Source: the human T2T-CHM13v2.0 reference genome, Homo sapiens | DNA: 64,000 nucleotides | Strand: one strand, 5' to 3' | NCBI RefSeq assembly: GCF_009914755.1 | Contig: NC_060942.1 | Shown here: piece by piece, positions 13,273 through 25,574 of the stretch | Layout: each line of letters begins with the position of its first letter | Position numbering within the stretch: the first letter of the stretch is position 1 | The notes under the pieces: model-generated | The model's database searches: none | What the model was told of the DNA's origin: nothing | Seen by the model: only the letters and a program-made list of their open reading frames with translations | Program-made: the position numbers and the translations under genes

Positions 13273-13341
13273 CTATTGCCAAAGATTTAACTGTTAACTA
13301 TTTGGGAATCCTGTAGTTAACAGTTAATTCTTTGGCAATAG
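13273..13341. repeat. Inverted repeat: 28-bp arms, 1 mismatch, 13-nt loop
   Basis: ctattgccaaagatttaactgttaacta (13273-13300) pairs with tagttaacagttaattctttggcaatag (13314-13341). Confidence 0.95.
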
Positions 13342-15519
13342 TTTCTGATGATCTATAGTTATTGATTCATCCTTTGGTCTTCTTATCAGCCTAAATGTAT
13401 TGTTTTTGAAATTAGATCTCCTTTTCTTACCTATAGCATTCCTTTTTCTTATTTGGTTTAGAACCAACCATCAGTGCTCAGAAGAATAGTAATAGGAAGC
13501 ATTAATTCAAAGATTTCTCTGCATACTTTCCCTTGGTCACATTGCATATAAATGCTCCAACCTCGATTTATTTGCATTCATTCTCTCTTATCCTAGGCAG
13601 ACAGCATTTTGACAAAAGGATTTTCAGGATTACAAAAATAATGTTTGAAAAGAACTAGTTGGGGAGTAGTTTAGTTTCTAGAGAATAATAAGCCATGGCC
13701 ACTAAGTCTTAGCAAATCTTTCAAATAAGCATGAAGTTGTTCCTTCTACCTAGACTGAAAAACCGACATCAATATCAGCAAAACTCTTAGAAATTACATA
13801 TGCTAGAGCATAGGATTTAGTCTTAAGGGCAGCCATTGTTGACAGTTTGACATGCCAAAATAGAGCAAGTACATTGGGATTTTGCGACTTCCTTCCTTGA
13901 GGCTGGGATAAGAAGCATAACTCCAGAGCACCCTGAGAAAGTATAATAGATGAGGCAGGTACATGGAGGTAGCATTCACTTTGACATTAGTAGCAGGTCA
14001 TTAATAAGGAGAAGGCTGAAGCTAGCAACTGTGCTCAACGTACCACCTTGCAAGGGAAGTGATTATTGACTTGTGCTACACAAATATTTTAAGACAGCAG
14101 AAAAATGCATTTATCTCCTATAATTTGGGGTCTTCTGAAACACAAGAAGAATAGACAGTGACTCAGATGTGCAGCCCTCTTATTGAGGTAGTTTCACGGT
14201 AGGACATCCAATCTAAACTCTTCTGACTTCCCAACCATCAAGATCACTATAGTTCCAATGGAGTCCTTTGACTTAATTAATGCATACCACATTTTGTCAT
14301 TTCAAATGAGCATTTCTGGATCACAGCAGGCTACTGGTGACATATGTCAGACTAAAACTGGTGTTGAATTACATTTCTCATCTACCAAACTAGGTGGGAA
14401 GAATACATACCTTTTATTACTAGTTCTTAATGGTCTGAAAGAATATGGAAAAAATGGAATTCCAGTAAGCTAAATCCCTGTCTTAGAATAGATTGACCTA
14501 GGCACAAACACCGTCCAAGCTGTCTCTGGATGGCACTCAGTGGTTGAGAACATGACTATTCTAGTTTTTCAGTTGAGGATGTGTTTTCTCTTTTGGCAAG
14601 TACATCACTTGCTTTGCTGTATAAACGTAAACAGCTCTGCAACTGTGTGAATGTGGCACTTACAACAATGTAGTATAGAAAGTTCAAAAATCTGAGTGAT
14701 ACCCAAGCATATTCAGGCATTAATTGAAGTTCTCCATAGTTTCCCAAGTGGCCTTTAGTCAAAGCTGAGAGACCATCGGCAAACTGGGTTGCTATCTAAG
14801 ACTGAGTTACAGAGACCATGGGGATCTCTAAAGGATTATCTCCAAGTTTCAGCACACCTCCTTAGAGCCTGCTTGCATGCACATGATAAATGAGTTGGTG
14901 GAAACAGCTGTTGAAAAACAAGCGTTACGTGCTTTATACTTGAAGGTAGAAAAGGATTAATTTAAAATTTCATCAAGTTATGCCACTATAATAAATTAAG
15001 CCTCTTAGCTTTGTTTTGGTATTTTATAGTGAATATTTGGTATGAGGAAAATATTCAGATACTGATTACATGTCCCTAAGTTGCTATTTATCATAAAATT
15101 AACTCCCATTTAAACAGATTGGGGTTATTTTTTTCTAGGAATAATATTGTCAATTTGCATTCAGCTATATTTTTAAGTTATACTTTAAACAGTATAGATG
15201 ATCTTTACGTAAGATCTTGCTAGAGTGATAACAAAACTTGGAGGTTTCCAAAAATGCACCCTTTTAATTCTCTGAAAGGAAGATAAATATTACTTTGTAG
15301 CTGATGATGTTCTTAAAATATTTACACGATGTTAAAAATAACATAGATTCACAGCTATTCATTCACGGGTTCATCAGAAAAAAAGCACAAATTCTGAGTT
15401 ACCTAAGAATCTTGATAGTCATTAAGAATGTAGTTCATTCCAGGCCTAAAATATTTAAAATAAATCAGAAAAAAATATGGTTTAGCTTTCTACAGAAAGG
15501 AAATGCTGATGAGGTTAAA

Positions 15520-18165
15520 CATCACGAGGCTAAACGTGTTGAGTTTAAAGACACTATTTTAAAATTTTAGATCCCATTCCTAAGTCTGACATGGGACAAT
15601 GAATGATATAAAATAATTTGTTTACCATTTGTATGCTATAACATCTCATCATGCACAAAATGGAGATTAAATAAATATTACAGAAACACGAACTTAAAGA
15701 AGAAATGTTAAAGACTATGAGTTTCTTTAAACTCAGATACACTACAAAAATGCAAATTCTGTTAAAAATTGTACTAAAATTCCTAACAAACATAATAAGA
15801 AAAATAACAAAAAAGACTGGAATAAAGGGAATAAAATTATTAATTATTACTATTTTTAGATAATAGGGTGACTATATAAAAATTCCTCTTGAGATACACA
15901 GATAAATAATTACAATAATTGGAGAATATAGCAAGTTTCTGAATATAAGAGGAATATAAAATAGTCAATTGTACTTTCATGCATCAGCAAAAACCAAGTG
16001 AAAATGTAATTTAAAATAGCAATTATAATAGCATTAAAATTATAAATATCTGAGGATAAAACAAAATATAAGCAAAACGATGTATGTATAATCATAGAAC
16101 TTTAATAAACGATATATGGCCAAGTATTACACATTCATTGAGAGGAATACTTAATATAGTAAATATGCTACTTTTCTTCAGGCTGAGCTATAAATTCATT
16201 GCAACTCTGAACAATATTCCCAAAACATGGTTTTCTTTTAACTTGAAAAATTAATTTTAAATTGTGTAGAGAACAGTAAAGGCTCAAGCTCACACAGAAA
16301 GGATGGCAGTTAGACTGACAGCAGCAAGAATAATTGAAACCAAAGTACCACAAAACACTATATTCAGAGAAAATATCAGCTTACAATTCCATAACAAGCA
16401 GAAATGTCTTTCAATAATAAGAACACACAAAAAAAGACATCTTCAAACAAGGAAAAATTAAGTTTAACAGATCCTCAAGAATGAAAATTCTAAAATCTAT
16501 TCTTTAAACAAAAGGAAAAGTATCCCAGATGGAACACCCAAGATGTAGAAAGTTATGAGGACTTGTACAGTGAAAACTATAAAACATTATTAAAATAAAT
16601 TGAAAATTTGAGATAACTTTTGTACATGAATTGGAAGACACAATATTGTTAAGAGGGCAGTATTCCCCAAACTGAACTACAGATTCAATACAATCCCTAT
16701 CAAAATTTCAACTTTCTTATTTATAGAAATGACAAATTGATCCTAAAATTAATATGGAAATGCAAGGAAACCATTATAGGCAAAACAATCTTGAAAAAGG
16801 AGACCAAGGTTAGAGCTCTCAAAGATTCTAATCTCAAAAACTACTGCGAAGCAAGTCATTAAACAGTGTGGTACCAGCACAAGGATAGACACATAGATCA
16901 ATAGTGTAAAAAGAGCTAGAAACACACTTGAACATCTGAGCCAATTAATTTTGATAAGGGTGCCAAAATTATTCATTGGGGAAAATTTGTCTTATCAACA
17001 AATGATGTTAAAACAATTGGATATATACATGTAAAAGGATAAAGTTAGACGCCCATAACATAACATGATAAAAATTAATTTAAAATAGATCAAAGACGTA
17101 AATGGAAGAGATAAAAACTCTTCAGAGAAAACATAGGTACAAATATTCATGACTTAGCATTAGGCAATGGTTTCTTATATATGACAGCAAAAACACAAGC
17201 AATCAAAGAAAAATTAAATAAATTGGACTCATCAAAATAAAAAAACTTCTGTGATTCAAAAGATACTATGAAAAAGTAAAAAGATAACTGACAGAATGGA
17301 GGAAAATATTTGCATATCATATATCCATTTAGGATCTAATATCCAGAACATTTAAAGAGCTCTTACATACCAATAATGAAAAGACAACACAATTAAAAAT
17401 GGGCAAAATATTTGGATAGACATTTCTGCAAGGTAGATATACAAATGGCCAGCAAGCATATTTAAAGATGTTCAACATCATTAGTCATTAGGTATTTGTA
17501 AGTCAAAACAAAATGAAATACCACTTAACATCCATTAGGATTTCTATATTTAAAACAAACAAAACAGAAATAAAACCAAAAAACAAAACCCATAAAAATA
17601 ACCAGTGTTGTTCAAAATGTGGAGGAATTGGAACTGTCATATATTGCTAGGGCTAGCATTGTGAAAATGTTTTTGGCATTCATAGCAACATTATCCATAA
17701 TAGCTAGAAAAATGAAAGCAACAAGCAAAATGTTCATCAACTGATGATGGAGAAACCAAATAATGTATATCCATACAATAAAATATAATTCATCCATGAA
17801 AAGGAATGAGGCAACAATACATGCCAAAACATGGATGAAACTTGAAAATGCCATGCTAAGTGAAAGAAACCAAAAACAAAAGGCCACATCTTTTATGATT
17901 CTATTTATATTAAATATCCAGAACAGGCAAATCTAGGAGACACAAAGCAGATAAGATGTTGCCAGTAGCTGAGGAGAGTGGGACATGGGGAGTAATTGCT
18001 AAGCAATACGAGCTTCATTTGGGAGGGTGATGAAAATGTATTGAGATTAGGTATTGGTGATGGTTGCACGGTATTGCGGATATTTGAATACTTACTGAAT
18101 TGTACACTTTAAAATAGTGAATTTTATTATATGTGAATTATATCCCAATTTTAAAAGTGATTAAT
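15520..18165 (+). mobile_element. L1M fragments ending in an L1MB 3' end (16555-18160)
   Basis: ORF2 remnants (atgaattggaagacacaatattgttaag, aaattggactcatcaaaat); L1MB 3' UTR gggtgatgaaaatgtattgagattag. Confidence 0.85.
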
Positions 18166-18301
18166 AAAAACATTGGTAAAAATATGGGTTGAGGTAGCAA
18201 TAATCAACTACATTTTCCCCTGCTTTTTAAAGAAAATAATAATATCAAATGTTTGGTGGAAAAATGAGCCATGTCTAAAACACCAGAAAGTAATAGCATA
18301 T

Positions 18302-19040
18302 TGCTATGGACTGAATGTTTGTGTCTTCCCAAAATTCAGATGTTGAAGTTCTCATCCCCAGTGTGATGATATTTGTAGGTGGGGACTTTGAGAGGTTTAG
18401 ATGAGGTCATGTAGGTGGAGCACCCACGATGGGTAAGTGTCCTTACAGGATGAAGAAGATACCAGAAACCCTCTCTTCTCCATGTGGAAATACAGCAAGA
18501 AGGTGGCCTCCTGAAAACCAGGGAGAGGGCACTCACCAGACACTGAATCGGCCAGCACCTTGATCTTAGACTTTCTAGCCTCTACAACTGTGAGAAATAA
18601 ATGTCTGTTAATTAAGCTGCAGTCTTAGTTTGGGCTGTTATAACAAATTACCATAGTTTGGATGACTTATAAACATGGAAATCTATTTCTCACAGTTCTG
18701 GAGGCTAGAAGTCCAAGATCAGGGTGCCAGAATGGTCAGGTCCTGGTGAGAGACGTCTTCCCAGTGGCAGATGCCTGACTTCTCATTGTATCTTTACATG
18801 GAAGACAGCAGAGTAAAGCAAGCTCTCTCAAAACTCTTATAAGGGTACTGATCCCATTCATGAGGGCTCTGCCCTCATGATCTCATCTAATCTTTAATTA
18901 TCTTCCAGATGCCCCAATTTCTAATATCATCAAATTGGAAGGTAAAGCTTTAACATATGAATTTTGGGAAGAGATAAATATTTGATCCATAATAGCCACC
19001 CAGGTAACAGCATTTTGTTATAGCAGCCTGAGCTAACACT
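18302..19040 (+). mobile_element. MLT1A-like LTR with an antisense MLT1A-like LTR nested at 18621-18994
   Basis: tgctatggactgaatgtttgtgtc...aaataaatgtctgttaattaagc, resumes gccacccagg...ttgttatagcagcctgagctaac; inner copy in opposite orientation; TSD gctgc/gccac. Confidence 0.8.
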
Positions 19041-19170
19041 CATATCCAGCCAGGAGGTGATAATCAAAGTTAGTGTGCTAAGACCCTTGCATTGCTTAGG
19101 ACACACATAAAGCTATTGTCTAGTTGTAAGATTTGTTAGGTTAGCATATACGTAAAAATATCTGGGGTAA

Positions 19171-19493
<323 letters not shown>

Positions 19494-22400
19494 TCATGAA
19501 GAACGATGTGTATAACTTCTAAAACCATAGAGGGAAAAGTGGAATTTAAAAATCAAAAGTAAACAACTCAATTAACTTTAAAAATCAACGAAGTAAACTT
19601 ATTAATACAAGAAAAAGTAGCACAAATAGAACATTCACTAAAATGCACTTTGCATGTGGGAGAGATGTAAGTTATTGTGGCCAAAGGCCAGTCTGAAGCA
19701 GATTATATTTCCTTACAATAGCCACAGCAGTATTTCTGGCCTGATGCCCTCTTCCAGAACCTCGACACTCTCTTAGTAAGAAGTGAAATCCATTTCTCTT
19801 TTTCTTGAAATTGAATGAGCCTATGAGATTACTTTAACAAATAATATGTGGAGGGCATCACAATGCATTACTTTTTTAAAGCTTTTTTTAAAAAATTTAT
19901 GTAGATTTAAGGGGTACAAGAGCAGTTTTGTGATGTGGATATACTGCGCAGTGGTGAAGTCTGGATTTTGGTTTAACCATAACCTGAACAATGCACATTC
20001 TACCCATTAAATAATTTCTCATCCCTCACTCTCCTCCCACCACATGTTCTGAATATAAATGTCTATCATTTCACACTCTATGTCTATGCATACACATTAA
20101 TTAGTTCCCAATTATAAGTGAGAGCATGTGGTATTTGACTTTCTGTTTCAGAGCGGTTTGACTGAAAATAATGGCCTCCAGTTCTAACCATGTTGCTGTA
20201 AAAGACAAGACTTCATTATTTTTTATTTGTATTCCATTGTGTATATATATATGATATTTTCCTTATACAACCATCTGTTGATAGACACTTACCTTGATTC
20301 CATATCTTTGCTATTGTGAAAAGTGCTGTGATAAACATATGAATGCAGGTATCCTTTTTATATGATTTATTTTTCTTTTGGGTAGACATCCAGTACTGGG
20401 ATTGTTGGATTGTATGGCAATTCTGTTTTCAGTTCTTTGAGAAATCCGCATACTGTTTTCTATACAGATTGTTCTAATTTACATTCCCATCAATAGTATA
20501 TAAGCATTTCCTTTTCTTCACATCCTCACCAACATCTGTTATTTTTTGGCTTTTTAGTAGTTGCCATTCTGACTGATGTAAGATGATTTTTCATTGTGGT
20601 TTTAATTTGCATTTTTTTGATAATTAATGATGTTAAGCATTTTTTCATAGGTTCGTTGGCCATTTGTATGTCTTCTTTTGAAAAATATCTATTCATGTGC
20701 TTTGCCTATTTTTTAATGGAGGTATTTTTTGTTGTTGTTGAGCTGTTTGAATTCCTTGTATATTCTGGATATTAGTGCCTTGTTGGATGAATAGTTTGCA
20801 AATATTTTCTTCGACTCTGCAGGTCATCTCTTCTCTCTATTGATTATTTCTTATGCCATGCAAAAGCTTTTTAGTTTAATTAAGTCTTATTTATCTATTG
20901 TTGTTTTTGTTGCTTATGCTTTTAAGGTCTTAGCTATGAACTTTATGCCTAGACCAATGTCCAGAAGAGTTTCCCTTAGGTTACTTATAGTATTTTTATG
21001 GTATCTGTTGTTACATTTCAGTAAGTCTTTAATCTATCTTGAGTTGTTTTCTGTATATGCTGAGAGATAGGGGTACAGTTTCATTCTGCATTTGGCAATC
21101 TGATTTTCCCTGTACCATTTATTGAAAAGGGTGGTGTCGTTTGCCTAGCATATGTCTTTGTCAGCTTTGTCAAAGATTAGTTAGCTACAGATATACGGCT
21201 TTATTTCTGGGTTATCTATTCTGTTCCATTGATCTGTTTGTATTTTTATGCCAGTACCATGCTGTATAGGTTACTACAGCCTTGTAGTAAAATTTGAAAT
21301 CAGGTAATGTGATGCACACAGATTTGTTCTTGTTGCTTAGGATTGCTTTGGCTATTTGGGCTTTGTTTTGGTTTCATATAAATTTTAGGTTTTTTTTTCT
21401 TGTTCTGTGAAAAAAATGACATTGGTATTATGGGAGAGATTGCACGGAATCTGTAGATTGCTTTGAGAAGTATGGCCATTTTAATGATATTCATTCTTCT
21501 GATCCATGAACATGGGATGTTTTTCCATTTGTTTGTGTCATCCACAATTTCTTTCAGCAGTGTTCTGTAGTTTTCCTTATAAAGATTTTTCACCTCCTGA
21601 GTTAAATGTATTCCCAGATATTTAATTTTTTGGTATTTATTATAAATGAGACTACCTTTTGATTTGGTTCTCTGGTTGACTGTTATTGGTGTATAGAAAT
21701 GATAGTGATTTTTGTACATTGATTTTTGTATCCTGGAACATTACTGACTTCATTTGTCAAATCTAAGAGCTTTTTTGGAGGACTGCTTTGAGTTTTCTAG
21801 GTATAAGATTATATCATCATTGAACAGAGATAATTTTACTTTCTATTTTCTGATTTGGATGCTTTTTTACCCCTTTCTCTTGCCTGATTGCTGTGGCCAG
21901 GACTTCCAGTACTATGTTGAATAGGAGTGATGAAAGTGGGCATCTGTGTCTTGTTCTAGTTCTTAGAAGGATTGTTTTCAACTTTTCTCTATTCAATATG
22001 ATGTTGGTAGTTTGCTTGTTATATAGGGCCTTTATTTTCTATTCCTAGTTTGATGAGAGTTTTCATCCCAAAGAGATGCTGAATTTTATTTATTGATTTT
22101 TATAATTCTATTGAGATGATCATATGGTTTTTGTCCTTAATTCTGTTCATATGATAAATAACGTTTATTGATTTACTTGTGTTGAAACATCTTTGCATAC
22201 ATAGAATAAAACCCACTTGATCATGTTGTATTCTTTCTGATGTGCTGTTGAATCTGGTTTGCTAGCATTTTGTTGAGTATTTTTGAATCTATGTTCATCA
22301 GGGATATTAGCCTGTAGTTTTCTTTCTCTGTTGTGTCCTTGTCTGGCTTCAGTATCAGGGTGATTCTTGCTTTGGAGAATGAGTTAGGGAGAATTCCCTT

Positions 22401-22782
22401 CTCGATTTTTCGGAAGTTTCAGGAGGATTAGTACCAGTTCTTCTTTGTACATCTGGTGCACTTAGGCTGTGAATCCATCTGGTCCTTGGGATTTTTGTTT
22501 GAAGATTTTTAATTACTGATTCAATCTCACTACTTGTTATTAGTCTGTTTAGGATGTCAATTTCTTCCTGGTTCAATTTTGGAAGGTTGTATGTTTCCAG
22601 GAATTTATTCATTTACTCTAGGTCTTCTAGTTTGTGAGTGTAGCATTGTTTATAGTAGTATCTGATGATCTTTTACATTTCTGTGCTATCCATTGTAATG
22701 CCTACTTCTTCATTTCTGATTATGTTTATCTTGATGTTCTGTCTTTTCTTAGTCTAGATAGTGGTGTATCAATATTGTTTAT

Positions 22783-25058
22783 TGATATAGTTTGGCTCTG
22801 TGTCCCTGCCCAAATCTCATCTCAAATTGTGATCCCCACATGTCAGGGGAGATACCTGGTGGGAGGTGATGGGATCATGGGAGCAGTTTTGCCCATACTG
22901 TTCTTGTGATAGTGAGTGAATCCTCATGAGATCTGATGGTTTAAAAGTGTGTATAGCACTTCCCCCTTTGCTCTATCTCTCTCTCCTGCCACCATGATTA
23001 TAAGTTTCTTGAGGCCTCCCTAACCATGCAGAACTGTAAGTCAAATAGACCTCTATCCTTTGTAAATTACCCAGTCTCAGGTAGTCCTTTATTGCAATGT
23101 GATAATAAGCAAATATAGAGAATTGGTACCAGGACTGGAGCACTGCTATAAAGATACCTGAAAATGTGGAAGTGACTTTGAAACTGGGTAACAAGCAGAG
23201 GTTGAAACAGTTTGGAGGGCTCAGAAGAAGCCAGGAAGATGTGGGAAAGTTCCGAACTTCCTAGAGACTTGTTGAATGGTTTTGACCAAAATGCTGATAA
23301 TGACGTGGACAATGAAGTCTAGGCTGAAGTGGTCTCAGATGGAGATGAGGAACTTATTAGGAACAGGAGCAAAGGTCATTCTTGCTATGCCTTAGCAAAG
23401 AGAATGGCAGCATTTTGTCCCTGCCCTATTGATCTGTGGAACAATGAACTGGAGAAAGATGATTTTGAGCATCTTGCCAAAGAGATTCTAACCAGCAAAG
23501 CATTCATTAAAGAGGTGACCTGGCTTTTTCTGAAGTGTACAGTCATAGGTGTTCACAAAAAGATGGTCTGAAATTGGAAATTATGTTTAAAAGAGAAGCA
23601 GAGCATAATAGTTTGGAAAATTTGCAGCTTGATCATGCGGTAGAAAAGAAAAACACATTTTCTGGAGAGAAATTCAAGCTGCAAAAATTTGCATAAGTAA
23701 ACAAGAGTTGAATGTTAATAGTCAAGACAATGGGGAAAAGTTCTCCAGGGCATTTCAGTGATCTTCATGGCAACTCCTCCCATCACAGGCCCAGAGGCAT
23801 AGGAGGGAAAAATGGTTTCATGGGCTGGGTCCTGCTGCTATGTCCAGCCTTGAGACATGATGCTATACATCCCAGCCATTTCAGCACCAGCTGTGGCTAA
23901 CAGGGGCCAAGGTACAGCTTGGGCTGTTGCTTCAGAGTGTGCAAGCCCCAAGCCTTGGCATCTTCCACGTGGTATTAGGCCTGCATGTGTACAGAAGGCA
24001 AGAGTTTGGGAACCTCCACCTGGACTTCAGAGTATGTATGGAACACCTGGATGTGCAGGCAGAAGTCTGCTGCAGGGGCAGAGCCCTCATAGAGATCCTC
24101 CACTATGGCAATGCAAAAGGAAAATATGGAGTTGGAGAACCCACACAGAGTCCCCAATGGGGCACTGCCTAGTGGAGCTGTGAGAAGAGGGCCATTGTCC
24201 TCCATACTCTAGAATGGTAGATCTACCGACAGCTTGTACCATGTGGCTGGAAAAGCTGGAGGCATTCAATGCCAGCTCCTGAAGCAGTTGCAGGGTCTGA
24301 ACCCTGCAGAGCCACAGGCACAGATCTGCCCAAGGCTGTGTGAGCCTACCCCTTGCATCAGCATGCCTTGGATGTATGACATGGAGTCAAAGGATATTAT
24401 TTCAGAGCTTTAGGATTTAATGGCTGCCCTGCTGGATTTCAGATTGCATGAGGTCTGTAGACCCTTTATTTTGGCCAATCCCTTGCTTTTGGAATGGGAG
24501 TATTTACCCAATTCCTGTGCCCACATTGTATCTTAGAAGTAATTAACTTGCTTTTAATTCTACAGGCTCATAGGAAGAAGGGACTTGCCTTATATCAGAT
24601 GAGACTTTGGACTTGGACTTTTGAATTAATGTTGGAATGAGTTAAGACTTTGCAGGACTGTTGGGAAGGCCTGACTGTGTTGTGAAATGTGATAAGTTCA
24701 TGAGATTTGAGAGGGGCCAGGAGTGGGATGATATGGGTTGGCTCCATGTCCCCACCCAAATCTTACCTTGAATTGTAATCCCCATGTGTCAGGGGAGGGA
24801 CCTGGGTGGAGGTGATTGGATCATGGGAGTGGTTTCCCTCATGCTGTTCTCGTGACATGAGTGAATTCCCATGAGATTGAATGGTTGAGAAGTGTGTGCA
24901 GCACTTACCCCTTTGCTGTCTTTCTCTCCTGTTGACATGATTGTAAGTCTCCTGAGGCCTCCCCAATGATGCAGAACTGTGAATCAACTAAACCTCTTTC
25001 CTTTAAATTATCCAGTCTCAGGTAGTCCTTTATAGCAGTGTGAAAATGGAGCAATATA
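22783..25058 (+). mobile_element. Complete THE1D-like MaLR provirus (5' LTR 22783-23117, internal 23118-24728, 3' LTR 24729-25058)
   Basis: Two direct LTRs starting tgatat(a/g)g; internal starts gagaattggtacc; 5-bp TSD tttat/attat; host L1 resumes in register. Confidence 0.92.
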
Positions 25059-25267
25059 ATTATCTTTTTTAAAAAACAAGTTTTTGTTTTGTTGATCCTT
25101 TTGTATTGTTGAGGTTTTTTGGTCATACTTTTATTTAGTTCTGCTCTGATCTTTGTTATTTCTTTCTTTCTGTTTGCTTTATATTTGCTTTGTTTTTGAT
25201 TTTTTAATTCCTTGAGGTGCAACATTAGGGTATTAATATGTGATGTTTCCATTTTCCATTTTTTTGA

Positions 25268-25574
<307 letters not shown>

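Noticed and set aside
14556-14762. Minus-strand ORF with an internal gtaagt donor-like site
   Set aside because: No recognisable homology and no clear acceptor
23329-24269. Cluster of ORFs in the THE1 internal region
   Set aside because: Fragmented remnants of the MaLR internal ORF with multiple stops and frameshifts
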